Part shown: positions 30,129 through 40,434 of the stretch, in pieces
How positions within the stretch are numbered: position 1 is the first letter of the stretch
Layout: the number at the start of each line of letters is the position of its first letter
Origin: a bacterium
Lineage (GTDB): Bacteria; Patescibacteriota; Minisyncoccia; Moranbacterales; UBA2206
Length of the DNA: 64,000 bases
Reading direction: 5' to 3'
Assembly: GCA_029567195.1 (NCBI GenBank)
Contig: JAKQLJ010000020.1
Coordinates: forward strand, 3,971 to 67,970
The notes under the pieces: generated by a model
Told to the model about the DNA's origin: nothing
What the model saw: the letters and a program-made list of their open reading frames with translations, nothing else
The model's database searches: none
Program-made: the position numbers and the translations under genes

Positions 30129-32966
30129 ATGTTTGAAGAAATATTGCATAAAATATTTAACAAGACAAAAATGTGGTTTCGAAAGGAATCCGCCTGGGCT
30201 TTTCTATTGGCTTTCATCAATCTTATTGTTATCTGGAATATTTTCGATACCAATTTTCTGATGGGGGTAGATGAATTTTCTCTTCAGTATGATGGATTTT
30301 TTGCCGAAAAATCATCGCTATATACATGGAATGACTGGATTAATCTGGGCCATAACAATCTTTCTACTAATAATATTGCTTATCTGGCCTTGTTTAATTT
30401 TTTTAATTTTATTTTTTCTTCTTCTGTTGTCGAAAGGATTCTTTACTGGATACTTTTCTTTTTCTGCTGTTACTCAATGTTTATCTTACTGGCCAGATAT
30501 TACAAAATAAATTATTTCGTCGCTGCAACCTTTTCCCTGTTTTTTGAATACAATCTCCACCATGTGATTATGCCGCTGGCTGTAAATCCCAAGCTGGTTT
30601 ATATTGCCCTGCCCATGGTCATTATCATATTAAAAAAATATATTCTGGACAGAAAACTGCTGAAACTTTCTATTGTTATGCCTCTTGGCCTTTTGGTAAT
30701 TGCCCAGGTGGCGGCCAACCCGCCGGCTGTTTCGATTATTTTTATTTTAATTTTGGCTTATCTTATTTATCAAATTATTTTAAAAAACATTAAATTTAAA
30801 GAAGCGTTGCTTTTCTTTTTTGGAGCGTCATTTTTTTTCGTTCTTTTCAATTTTTGGTGGCTTTCCACTCTGATTCCAGCCATGCTGGAATCATCAGGTA
30901 ATATTGTTACGGGTTTAAACGCGGCGATTCTAAGAGCTTCGCAATATCTCAATGTTTTTAACGTAATGAGATATTTGGGCTATGGGCCATGGTGGCTGGG
31001 TGAGGGAGTCGGACATAAATATGTCCAATTTTCCCAAGTTTTTGACGGCAGTTATTTCCTTATTGCTTATTCTTTTCTCCCGCCACTTTTTATCATCGGC
31101 GCCTTGGCACTTTTTGGTCTTAGTAAGCAAAAAAACTACTGGAAAGAAAAAGATCTCATTTTTTGGGTGCTGATTTTTATTTTTGGCGTATTCTTGGCGA
31201 AAGGAATTAACGCGCCCGGAGGGTGGTTTTTTGGTTTTCTGTGGCAAAACATCCCGGGCTTTTGGATATTCCGCGACCCTTGGGCGAAATTCATCCCATT
31301 GGTGGTTTTATCTTCGGTAATCACCGGGGCGATAGTTTGTGATTATATCATTCAAAGATTCAAGATTTTCAGGGTGGCAATTTTAGGAATTATGTTGATA
31401 ACTGTATATTTTTATGCTGTCTTCCCTGATATTTATTATAACGATAACTTTTTGACTATGCGCAGCTTGCATGTCGACGTTCCCCAATATTGGGAGAATT
31501 ACGCGGATAAATATGAAAAGAAAAAACTTGTTATGCGCAATCTTACTTTTCCCAAAACTCCCAACGGCAGCCACTTTTTTTCTAGCGGATTTTCCGGTCC
31601 CTTGCCTTTTATTTCTCTTGTTTCCCGCCAGCCTTTTATTATCTATCCCAATTTTAGCAATACGGGAAATGTCAACGACAGAATAATCGATGATTTTTAC
31701 GGTTCCGAATATAAAAATTCCAAACTGTGGAGTTATTTGAATGTCGGTTATGCTACTCAGCAGAATGATTATAACTGGCTGGTCGGATATAAAGACACTT
31801 TTCCTCCTTCGGAAATGGAGAAAATTCTAAATAGCATAGAATTTTTGGAAAAAAAGGATAGTTTTGGAAATTTTGACTTCAATTATATCAGAGGAATAGA
31901 TTTCGGAAGAGACAAGACGGGTGAGGAAAGGCGATTGATTGCCGATGAACTTCGCGGTCGATCGGCACTAGACATTTATAAATTAAAGCCAAATTATTTT
32001 CTTCCGCTTGTTTATATCCCCAAAGAAATAACCTTTTCTTCGAGGGAAGTAGAAAGTATTGCGCGAATTTCCAATGAACAAAAATTGGGCGTTTCTTCAG
32101 CAGTTTTTTTTCTAAACCAAAACAACGGCGAAATCGATGAAGAAAATATTAAAAAAACAAAAATCCTGAATAATTATCAGAAAAGTGATGATACCACGGT
32201 GGAATTTAAAAAAATCAATCCGACAAAGTATAGGATTATAGTGCATAATGCCAGTTCTAAATTTCCTTTGGTTTTTTCAGAGAGTTTTCATGAAAAATGG
32301 AAAATTTATCTGGTCAATGAATTTTCTAAGGATAATAAGCCTGCAAGCTTCTTAAGCGAATATAAAATTTTGGATGGAAATGATGATGATCAGGCAACCA
32401 AAGAGGAGCTTAGTGGTTATATACAAAACGGTTGGATTAGCACATTGGGAGAGGGAAAAGAAAAACAAACTGAATATTACAAGCAAAAGGACAGCAAAAG
32501 GAAATTGGATTATGTGGAAAAATATAAAATAAGTTTTGTTTCTAAAAATTTTCAAGGAACCATTCAAAACGATAATTTACCCGATGGTTATTTTTGGGAA
32601 ACATGGTTTAAAAATCCGATCAGCGAGGAGGATAATCATCTTATGGTTAACGGATATGCCAACTCTTGGATTATAGACGTAGAGAAAATGTGCAAGGACA
32701 ATCCGAATTTTTGCGTAAATAATCTTTCTTGTGAAACGGGGCAGGGCAAATCTTGTCTTTCACAAGACAAGGGTGAATCTTATGATTTTGAACTGGTGGT
32801 TGAATTTTGGCCGCAAAGACTTTTTTATATCGGAGTGGTCGTTTCTTCGGTTGCCCTGTTGCTCTGCGGGGGATATTTAGCGTATGATTGGCGCAAGAGA
32901 ATGAATAATAAATTTTTTATAAATAAAAAAGGGGAAGAATATAAAAATGGCAAAAAAATTATTTAG
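30129..32966 (+). CDS. Large GT-C-like membrane protein (AftD/YfhO-like architecture)
   Basis: About 13 TM helices, PGFWIFRDPWAKF motif, large extracytoplasmic region, INPTKY and NGYANSW motifs, C-terminal TM helix. Confidence 0.6.
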   Translation: MFEEILHKIFNKTKMWFRKESAWAFLLAFINLIVIWNIFDTNFLMGVDEFSLQYDGFFAEKSSLYTWNDWINLGHNNLSTNNIAYLALFNFFNFIFSSSVVERILYWILFFFCCYSMFILLARYYKINYFVAATFSLFFEYNLHHVIMPLAVNPKLVYIALPMVIIILKKYILDRKLLKLSIVMPLGLLVIAQVAANPPAVSIIFILILAYLIYQIILKNIKFKEALLFFFGASFFFVLFNFWWLSTLIPAMLESSGNIVTGLNAAILRASQYLNVFNVMRYLGYGPWWLGEGVGHKYVQFSQVFDGSYFLIAYSFLPPLFIIGALALFGLSKQKNYWKEKDLIFWVLIFIFGVFLAKGINAPGGWFFGFLWQNIPGFWIFRDPWAKFIPLVVLSSVITGAIVCDYIIQRFKIFRVAILGIMLITVYFYAVFPDIYYNDNFLTMRSLHVDVPQYWENYADKYEKKKLVMRNLTFPKTPNGSHFFSSGFSGPLPFISLVSRQPFIIYPNFSNTGNVNDRIIDDFYGSEYKNSKLWSYLNVGYATQQNDYNWLVGYKDTFPPSEMEKILNSIEFLEKKDSFGNFDFNYIRGIDFGRDKTGEERRLIADELRGRSALDIYKLKPNYFLPLVYIPKEITFSSREVESIARISNEQKLGVSSAVFFLNQNNGEIDEENIKKTKILNNYQKSDDTTVEFKKINPTKYRIIVHNASSKFPLVFSESFHEKWKIYLVNEFSKDNKPASFLSEYKILDGNDDDQATKEELSGYIQNGWISTLGEGKEKQTEYYKQKDSKRKLDYVEKYKISFVSKNFQGTIQNDNLPDGYFWETWFKNPISEEDNHLMVNGYANSWIIDVEKMCKDNPNFCVNNLSCETGQGKSCLSQDKGESYDFELVVEFWPQRLFYIGVVVSSVALLLCGGYLAYDWRKRMNNKFFINKKGEEYKNGKKII

Positions 32967-34464
32967 ATTTATAAAAGAAAACAAGCAATATGTTTTAGCA
33001 GCCTTGGCACTGATAATGTTTTTTCTGATTGGCAGGATTTTCCCGGCCAATATCATTACTTCAAAAAGTTGTGAGGGAGGAAAATGCAAAGCGGTTATCA
33101 AGGCTCCTGACTTGACCAATGAGAAGCCAAGGTTTTATGTTAATGATATTTTTAATTCCCGGGAAAAAGAATTCTATCGGATAATTTTTGAAGCAAAATC
33201 CAACAGACCAACCAGTCTGAGTATTTTTGCCGCCAATCCGCTGGATGAAAATAAAAAAATGAAGGAAGTGGAATTGGAAAGTGTCAATAACTATCAAACG
33301 AAGGAAATTTTTCTTGCGTCCGATAAAATTTATACGGATTTGCTGTTCAAAAAAAATAATCCTCAGGACGGAGCTGATGTCAGTATCGGCCATATTTATA
33401 TTTCCCGCCTGAATATTTCCAGCGAAGAAGAAATTAAAAATCTTTCTCCGACCATAATCGGCGGCGCTGATGCGGAAATTCTCGATCAAAAACAGGAAAA
33501 CAACAGCGCTTCTTTTGATCAGCTCAAAGAGCCGGGAGTTTTTTTGGGACAGACTTTTGAAGCCGAATTCAACTATATTACCGGAGTATCTTTGGATATT
33601 GATATTATCAAACAGAGCAATATGGGGGATAAGAAATATTCCCTGGAGCTTCGAGAGGTGGAAGACGAGGATACGGTTCCTAATATCAAAAGTGATCCGT
33701 TGGCCATAGTTAAATTTTCAGCAGACGGCATAGAGGAATTTCGCCAGGAAAACGGAAAATTTCTTTTTCCGATTATGGCCAAATTAAAAAAAGACAAAAA
33801 ATATTTTATCGGCATTAATAACGACAATGTAAAAACCAATGAATTTAATTATCTGATTCCCAAAGGCACGAAAAACGGCAATGCTTATGCCAAGGGATCG
33901 GCAGCTGTCAAGTATAAAAAATATTCCTATCTGACTACCGGCGATCTTTATTTTAAAACTTTCGGCTTTAATCTCAAAGAATACGAGGGGTACAATATTT
34001 TACCGGGAACGATCATCGAGGATCGAGGAAAGGGGCAATTGTTTTTTTCATACTCTCAAAGAAACAACAAATATGAATTTATCAACTCAGATTCCGTTTC
34101 CGAGGACATTTATTTTGACGGGGAAAACAATTATATGGCGGGAACAATCAGGGAGGGGAGGGATTCTTTCATAATTTATAAGGTTAACACTATTCATCCG
34201 TTTAAAAACTTTTCTATTTCTGCCAGTCAGGGCGATTTGAATTTAAACAAGATAAGAATATATTTTTCTTTTGATAAAAAGGACTGGCAAGAAGCTCCAT
34301 GGGAGACAAAAAATGAGTTGCAGGTCTGGGATTATACCAGCTTGCAAGTTCCGAATAATCAGAAAGAAATATACGTGAAGATAGAACCGGAAAAAGACAA
34401 ATATCCCGGTCAGACAAAATTTGGCGTGAAAAACTTTAAATTTCAAGCGGAACTTATTAAGTAA
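32947..34464 (+). CDS. Membrane-anchored beta-rich hypothetical protein
   Basis: 505-aa ORF in the operon with a single N-terminal TM helix. Confidence 0.6.
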   Translation: MAKKLFRFIKENKQYVLAALALIMFFLIGRIFPANIITSKSCEGGKCKAVIKAPDLTNEKPRFYVNDIFNSREKEFYRIIFEAKSNRPTSLSIFAANPLDENKKMKEVELESVNNYQTKEIFLASDKIYTDLLFKKNNPQDGADVSIGHIYISRLNISSEEEIKNLSPTIIGGADAEILDQKQENNSASFDQLKEPGVFLGQTFEAEFNYITGVSLDIDIIKQSNMGDKKYSLELREVEDEDTVPNIKSDPLAIVKFSADGIEEFRQENGKFLFPIMAKLKKDKKYFIGINNDNVKTNEFNYLIPKGTKNGNAYAKGSAAVKYKKYSYLTTGDLYFKTFGFNLKEYEGYNILPGTIIEDRGKGQLFFSYSQRNNKYEFINSDSVSEDIYFDGENNYMAGTIREGRDSFIIYKVNTIHPFKNFSISASQGDLNLNKIRIYFSFDKKDWQEAPWETKNELQVWDYTSLQVPNNQKEIYVKIEPEKDKYPGQTKFGVKNFKFQAELIK

Positions 34465-34468
34465 AAAA

Positions 34469-36628
34469 ATGACTCCCCAATTTATTAGAAAAAATGGTTT
34501 TTTTATCGGCGGGCTTTTTCTTTTGTTTCTTGTTGTTTTGGTAAATATTTTTCCCAGCGGATATGTTTTTGGCGGCGGCGATACAATCCAATTTTTTGGA
34601 AATTGGGAAAATCTCAGGTCGTTATTTTTTGATTGGGGCGGAAGAGCCTGGTTCTTTTATCTGATATTTTATTTGCTTAATATTTTTGGCATTTCGGAAG
34701 CCGGTCAGCTTTCCTGGTATCTGGGTGTTTTTATTTTCGGATCCTACATTTCTTTTTTTATTTTTTCCCGTTTAATTTTAGAAGATTCTCCAGGAAAGAG
34801 GGCTTTTGCCTCCCTTTTTTATGCGCTTAATCTCTATACCCTTTTTATTTTTACGGGCAATTGGGGCTATTCCTATTTTCCGTCCCTTTATATTTTTCTT
34901 CCGCTGATGTTGCTGTTTTTCATTAAATTCATAAAAACTCAAAAAAATATTTTTGGGGCGCTGTTTGTGCTGATTCTCTTTTTGGGCTCTTCCGGGTTTG
35001 GCAATCCGGCCTTTTTACTTTCTTTTATTATTTTTCTTTCAGCTGTTTTTCTGGGACTCTTAATTTTTGGATATTTTCAATGGGACAATAAATTGGCGGT
35101 AAAACTGTTTTTTCTGGCGGTTTTTTCTTTTTTGATAAATTCTTTTTGGATCTTACCGCTTGTCCCCGAAATCAGCCAGGGAGTGGAAAAGTTGCAGTCG
35201 TCCGAGGTGGTGGAATTTGATTGGTGGATACGCCACTCCGCCAGCCCCATCGTGAAAACCGTAAGCCTTAATCATTTTTCCGAAGATTATTTTCCCTATA
35301 ATTTTTATTATAAAGATTTTTCCTATTTTAAAGTTCCTTTTATGGTTATTTCTTTTCTTCCCATGTTAGTTATCGCTTATGGACTGGCTTTTTTTAGGAA
35401 AAAAATGTCTTCTTCTGATCATTCTCTTTTTCTTTCTTTTCTTTTTGTTTTAGTAATTTTTATTCCTTTGGTAGCTCGCCTTATTGAGCCGTTTGAAAGA
35501 ATAAACTATTATATCTATCATTTGCCGGGATTTGTTACCTTGAGAGGTTATGATAAAACCGCTATTTTTATTCCCTTTGTTCTGGCGACACTTTTGCTTT
35601 TGACCATAAATCACTTAAGCAGAAAAAAAGCATTTTTTATCTTAATTTTAATATTAATTATTCCGCTGCCATTTTATCTGGGAAAACTTCAGCAGACAGC
35701 CGGCTATAGAGTAAATTCAGAAAAAGATTTCCGAAAAGCTGCCATGAGCTTTTTAGTCAAGATTCCTGATGAATATCATTCTGTTCGGCCGCTAATTGCC
35801 AATGACAAGGATAAATTTTTTCTAGCCGCTCTGCCGGCCACCAAAAGTGACGGTTCGGGAATAGTATATTATCCAAAATGGAATTTTTACGGAGCGGATA
35901 TGTCGGAAACTCTCTATAACAGGAAGCAAATCCAGCCCAATGTTGTTTATTTTAACGAATGGAATTTTGCGGAGGAATTTGGCGAACAGCAAGGCGAAAA
36001 AAACGACTGGTTGCCAAAGCTTCTCGGGATGATGAACGTTAAATATTTAATTTATCATAAAGATGCTCCCGAGAGTTCAGTGGAAAAAAGCCAGAACAAA
36101 ATAGATGACTTGAAAAACAAAGGACTTATTAAAAATATCGAAAACAATGAATATTTTACTCTATATGAAATTAATTCAAGTCTGTTTTTCCCTTATATAA
36201 CCTATCAACAAGAAAACTTGGATTTTCAAAATGATTCTGTTTGGATTGAGAGAAATCTGGAAAAAATGAAAAACCTGACTGCCAGCGCTGATTTTAGGGA
36301 GATTAATCCCAAAAAGTTCGAAGTGCTTTTTGATAATTTGGAAAATCAAAAAGAATTGGTTTTGGCGGAAAGTTATAATTCTAATTGGAAAGCTTATGCC
36401 ATTTTAAAAAATGGAAGAGAGATTGAAATAGAAAATCACTTTATGGCTCGCGGCTATGCCAATGGCTGGAAGATAGACAGCAATCCAGATATTAAAAAAA
36501 TCGTCATAGAATATTATCCTACTAGGCTTTTGTGCCAAGGATCCGCTGTCAGCCTCTTAGCCCTTTTGTTTTTATCTGTTTATTTGGTAAGATACTATTA
36601 TAACAAACGAGGAAAAAATAATGTTTAA
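34469..36628 (+). CDS. GT-C-like membrane protein, paralog of 30129-32966
   Basis: Polytopic N-terminal half, LPGF..LR..DK motif, INPKKF and GYANGW motifs, C-terminal TM helix. Confidence 0.6.
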   Translation: MTPQFIRKNGFFIGGLFLLFLVVLVNIFPSGYVFGGGDTIQFFGNWENLRSLFFDWGGRAWFFYLIFYLLNIFGISEAGQLSWYLGVFIFGSYISFFIFSRLILEDSPGKRAFASLFYALNLYTLFIFTGNWGYSYFPSLYIFLPLMLLFFIKFIKTQKNIFGALFVLILFLGSSGFGNPAFLLSFIIFLSAVFLGLLIFGYFQWDNKLAVKLFFLAVFSFLINSFWILPLVPEISQGVEKLQSSEVVEFDWWIRHSASPIVKTVSLNHFSEDYFPYNFYYKDFSYFKVPFMVISFLPMLVIAYGLAFFRKKMSSSDHSLFLSFLFVLVIFIPLVARLIEPFERINYYIYHLPGFVTLRGYDKTAIFIPFVLATLLLLTINHLSRKKAFFILILILIIPLPFYLGKLQQTAGYRVNSEKDFRKAAMSFLVKIPDEYHSVRPLIANDKDKFFLAALPATKSDGSGIVYYPKWNFYGADMSETLYNRKQIQPNVVYFNEWNFAEEFGEQQGEKNDWLPKLLGMMNVKYLIYHKDAPESSVEKSQNKIDDLKNKGLIKNIENNEYFTLYEINSSLFFPYITYQQENLDFQNDSVWIERNLEKMKNLTASADFREINPKKFEVLFDNLENQKELVLAESYNSNWKAYAILKNGREIEIENHFMARGYANGWKIDSNPDIKKIVIEYYPTRLLCQGSAVSLLALLFLSVYLVRYYYNKRGKNNV

Positions 36629-36956
36629 AAAGATAAATTTAAAACTAAAAACCATTCCTTTAAAGATATATGTTGACACCATTTTTGTCGCTATGGCTGT
36701 ATTCATAGGCGCTTATTTCAAATGGAATGTTGTCGAAATAATGATTTTTGGGGTATTCATTGGAACGCTTCTCCGTCCCGTTCCCAGCCATTATCCGGCT
36801 GTTGTCGCGCTTTTTTTTCTTGCTTTAACGCCTGTTTTTTTGGCTTTTGGCAACAATCTGGTGCCTGAGAAATTGGCTATTTATGCCTATTTTTTCATAA
36901 TAATTTCCGTAATCATGGGAATTTATGAAATTAGAAACGAAAAAAGCCCCAGTTAG
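36621..36956 (+). CDS. Small integral membrane protein
   Basis: 111 aa, about four TM helices, overlaps the upstream stop codon. Confidence 0.6.
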   Translation: MFKKINLKLKTIPLKIYVDTIFVAMAVFIGAYFKWNVVEIMIFGVFIGTLLRPVPSHYPAVVALFFLALTPVFLAFGNNLVPEKLAIYAYFFIIISVIMGIYEIRNEKSPS

Positions 36957-36957
36957 C

Positions 36958-36986
36958 TTGTAAACCGTCCGGAAAGAAGCTAAAAT
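36958..36986 (+). promoter_or_regulatory. Promoter TTGTAA-17-TAAAAT
   Basis: Lies upstream of 37021. Confidence 0.5.
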
Positions 36987-37020
36987 GGATTTAATCATAA
37001 TTTATAAATTTCAATAGTTT

Positions 37021-37959
37021 ATGAACGAAAAACCACATATTTCAGTAGTCGTGCCTCTCTATAATGAAGAAGACAATGTCCAAGAACTCCATCGCCGAAT
37101 TTCACAGGCCTGTCAAAAATTGGATAAAACTTTTGAAATTATCTTTATCGATGACGGTTCAAAAGACGGAACGGTCAATAATTGCAAGGGATTATCTCCG
37201 TTAAAACTTATAAAATTCAGGCGTAATTTCGGGCAAACAGCTGCTTTTGACGCGGGCATAAAAGAAGCCAGAGGCGAAATTGTCATTACTATGGACGGTG
37301 ATCTTCAAAATGATCCGGACGACATCGGTCTGCTTTTGGAGGAAATGGAAAAAGGTTTTGACGTGGTTTCCGGTTGGCGAGCCAAAAGAAGAGACAGCTT
37401 GTCCAAAAAAATATTTTCCCGGGGAGCCAATATCCTGAGAAAAATTCTGATTCATGACAAGATTCATGATTCAGGATGCAGTCTGAAAGCTTATAGGCGG
37501 GAATGCTTTCATGATGTTGACTTATTCGGAGAGATGCACCGTTTTATGCCAGCCATTTTGGAAATGGAAGGTTTCAGGGTGGGGGAAGTGAAAGTTTCCC
37601 ATCATCCTCGAGTTCACGGAAAAACCAAATATAACTGGAAAAGAGGAATAAAAGGTTTCGTCGATATGGTTTCTATTTGGTTTTGGAGAAAGTATGCCAA
37701 TCGGCCTCTTCACCTTTTTGGCGGAGGAGGAATAATTTCTTTTTTGGCGGGAACAGTAATTCTTATCTGGATGGCGGTGGAAAAAATATTTTTTAACGCT
37801 TCTCTTTCAGAAAAAATCTGGCCTCTTATGGGGGCATTTCTCGTAATGGTGGGAATTCAATTATTCATTTTCGGACTTTTGGCGGATATTTTAATCAAAA
37901 ATTATTATAAAAACCAAAAGAGAATGAATTATTCGATAAAAGAAATATTAGAATCATAA
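37021..37959 (+). CDS. GT2 ArnC-like polyprenyl-phosphate glycosyltransferase
   Basis: RNFGQTAA, DGDLQNDP, DSGC and GEMHRF motifs with two C-terminal TM helices. Confidence 0.85.
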   Translation: MNEKPHISVVVPLYNEEDNVQELHRRISQACQKLDKTFEIIFIDDGSKDGTVNNCKGLSPLKLIKFRRNFGQTAAFDAGIKEARGEIVITMDGDLQNDPDDIGLLLEEMEKGFDVVSGWRAKRRDSLSKKIFSRGANILRKILIHDKIHDSGCSLKAYRRECFHDVDLFGEMHRFMPAILEMEGFRVGEVKVSHHPRVHGKTKYNWKRGIKGFVDMVSIWFWRKYANRPLHLFGGGGIISFLAGTVILIWMAVEKIFFNASLSEKIWPLMGAFLVMVGIQLFIFGLLADILIKNYYKNQKRMNYSIKEILES

Positions 37960-37962
37960 ATT

Positions 37963-39270
37963 ATGAAAATTGCTATTATCGGTACCGGTTATGTAGGCCT
38001 GGTCAGCGGAACCTGCTTTTCTCAGTTTGGTCATAATGTCACTTGCATAGACAAAGACAAACAAAAAATAGAAGCTCTGAAAAATGGCCAAATTCCCATT
38101 TATGAACCGGGACTGGAAGATTTAGTGAAAGAAAACGTGGCGGCCGAAAGACTTTCTTTTACTACAGAAACAGCGGAGGCGGTCAAAAATGCCAATGCTG
38201 TTTTTATCGCTGTCGGCACGCCCACTTCCCGAAGAGGAGACGGCTATGCCGATCTCAGTTATGTTTATGCGGCGGCGCGGGAAATTGCGCCCTATCTGGA
38301 AAATTACACGGTAATCGTGGATAAAAGCACGGTTCCGGTAGGCACGGCTCAACAAGTGAAAAGAATAATAAGAGAGGAAAATCCCAAGGCCCAGTTTGAT
38401 GTGGCAAGCAATCCGGAATTTCTCCGGGAGGGGGCGGCTATTGATGATTTCATGCAGCCGGACAGAGTGGTGATTGGAGTGGAAACGGAAAAAGCGGCCG
38501 AAGTCTTGAAACAAATTTATAGCCCTCTTGGTCTCACGGAAGCGTCTCTCGTGATAACCAATCCGGAAACGGCTGAACTCATCAAATATGCTTCTAACGC
38601 CTTTTTAGCCGTTAAAATCAGCTATATTAACGATATGGCGAATTTGTGCGAAAAGGCGAAAGCGGATGTTGTGACGCTGGCCGAAGGGATGGGACTGGAC
38701 AGCCGCATTGGTAGTAAATTTCTTCAACCAGGACCGGGTTATGGCGGCTCATGCTTTCCAAAAGACACGCTGGCGCTTAATAAAATAGCTCAGGAGCACG
38801 GAACGACTTTGCGGGTGGTAGAAGCCGCTATTGAAGTAAATTCCGCTCAGAAAGCCAAAATGGTAAAAAAGATAAGAGAAGCTTTGGGGGGCAGTGAATC
38901 AGGGAAAACCATTAGTTGCTTGGGACTGACTTTCAAGCCGGAAACCGACGATATGCGTGAAGCTCCCTCCCTTTCCATCTTGCCGGCGCTTTCTGAAAAA
39001 GGGGCCAAAGTCCGAGCTCATGATCCGCACGGAATGGAAGCGGCCAAGGTTTTAATGTCGGAAATAGAATATTTGGATGATCCGTATGAGGTATGCGAAG
39101 GAGCTGACTGCGTGGTGCTTATGACTGGCTGGAATGAATACCGGGCATTGGATTTGGAAAAATTGGCATCCGTTATGAAGGACAAACTTTTTATCGACCT
39201 GCACAACATCTACGAACCGGAAATATTAAAAGAAAAAGGGTTTAAATATTTCGGCGTAGGGAGAAATTAG
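37963..39270 (+). CDS. ugd: UDP-glucose 6-dehydrogenase
   Basis: GTGYVG, KSTVP, SNPEFLREG, GYGGSCFPKD and FKPETDDMRE motifs. Confidence 0.93.
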   Translation: MKIAIIGTGYVGLVSGTCFSQFGHNVTCIDKDKQKIEALKNGQIPIYEPGLEDLVKENVAAERLSFTTETAEAVKNANAVFIAVGTPTSRRGDGYADLSYVYAAAREIAPYLENYTVIVDKSTVPVGTAQQVKRIIREENPKAQFDVASNPEFLREGAAIDDFMQPDRVVIGVETEKAAEVLKQIYSPLGLTEASLVITNPETAELIKYASNAFLAVKISYINDMANLCEKAKADVVTLAEGMGLDSRIGSKFLQPGPGYGGSCFPKDTLALNKIAQEHGTTLRVVEAAIEVNSAQKAKMVKKIREALGGSESGKTISCLGLTFKPETDDMREAPSLSILPALSEKGAKVRAHDPHGMEAAKVLMSEIEYLDDPYEVCEGADCVVLMTGWNEYRALDLEKLASVMKDKLFIDLHNIYEPEILKEKGFKYFGVGRN

Positions 39271-39273
39271 ATT

Positions 39274-40434
39274 ATGAGGGTATTATTTTTCAATTACGAA
39301 TATCCGCCTCTTGGTGGGGGAGCAGCCAATGCTACCTCTTATATTTTGCATGAATTTAAACACATCTCTGACTTGAAGGTAGATTTGGTGACTTCTTCCA
39401 TAGATAATAATTTTCATCTGGAAAAAATAGGGGAAAATATCATAATTCACAAGCTTCCTGTAGGAAAAAATAAAAAAAATCTTCATTATCAGTCACAAAA
39501 AGATTTGCTCGTTTATTCATGGAAAGCTTATTTTTACGCCCGGAAATTGGTAAAAAAAGAGAAATACGATCTCTCACATTCCTTTTTTTCTGTTCCTTGC
39601 GGTTTTATTTCCTGGATTTTAAAAATCCAATATAAAATTCCCTATATTGTTTCTTTGAGGGGGGCGGATGTCCCTGGTTATAGTGAAAGATTTTCTTTTT
39701 GGTATTGGCTGTATACTCCGATAATAAAAATGGTGTGGTCCGGCGCCAAAGCGGTTATTTCCAATAGCCAAGGCTTAAAAGAGTTGGCGCTGAAATCAAG
39801 TCCAAAAAAAGAAATAGGCGTTATTTTTAACGGAATAAATATAAATGACTTTCGGCCGGACGGCAGTCGGAAACCGGAAGACAGATTTATCATTACCAAT
39901 GGCGCTACCAGGCTTACGGCCAGAAAAGGAACGGAATATTTAATAAGGGCAATTTTTTTGCTGATTAAAAAATATCCCCAAATCCGGCTAAAAATCATAG
40001 GTGATGGCAGTGACAGCGAAGATCTTAAAAAACTTTCTTGTAAATTAAAGCTGGAAAAAAATATAGAATTTTTAGGGCGTGTTCCCCATGAGGATGTCCA
40101 AAAATATTATCAGGAAGCGTCTGTTTTTGTTTTGCCGTCGTTAAACGAAGGAATGAGCAATGCGATGCTGGAAGCCCTGTCATCGGGCCTGCCTATTTTG
40201 GCTACTGATACTGGAGGGACAAAAGAATTGATAAGGGAAGGAGAAAACGGTTTCATAATAAAAATGAGAGACAGCGCAGATATAGCGGAAAAAATTGAAA
40301 AATTAATAGAAGATAAAAATTTGCGCCAAAAGATGGCCCAGAACAGCCGAGAAATGGCCAAAAAACTAAGTTGGAAGAATGTGGCGGATAAATATTACCA
40401 ATTGTATGAAAAAATATCTAAAAATATTTCTTAA
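39274..40434 (+). CDS. GT4 glycosyltransferase
   Basis: EYPPLGGG and PSLNEGMSNAMLEA motifs. Confidence 0.88.
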   Translation: MRVLFFNYEYPPLGGGAANATSYILHEFKHISDLKVDLVTSSIDNNFHLEKIGENIIIHKLPVGKNKKNLHYQSQKDLLVYSWKAYFYARKLVKKEKYDLSHSFFSVPCGFISWILKIQYKIPYIVSLRGADVPGYSERFSFWYWLYTPIIKMVWSGAKAVISNSQGLKELALKSSPKKEIGVIFNGININDFRPDGSRKPEDRFIITNGATRLTARKGTEYLIRAIFLLIKKYPQIRLKIIGDGSDSEDLKKLSCKLKLEKNIEFLGRVPHEDVQKYYQEASVFVLPSLNEGMSNAMLEALSSGLPILATDTGGTKELIREGENGFIIKMRDSADIAEKIEKLIEDKNLRQKMAQNSREMAKKLSWKNVADKYYQLYEKISKNIS

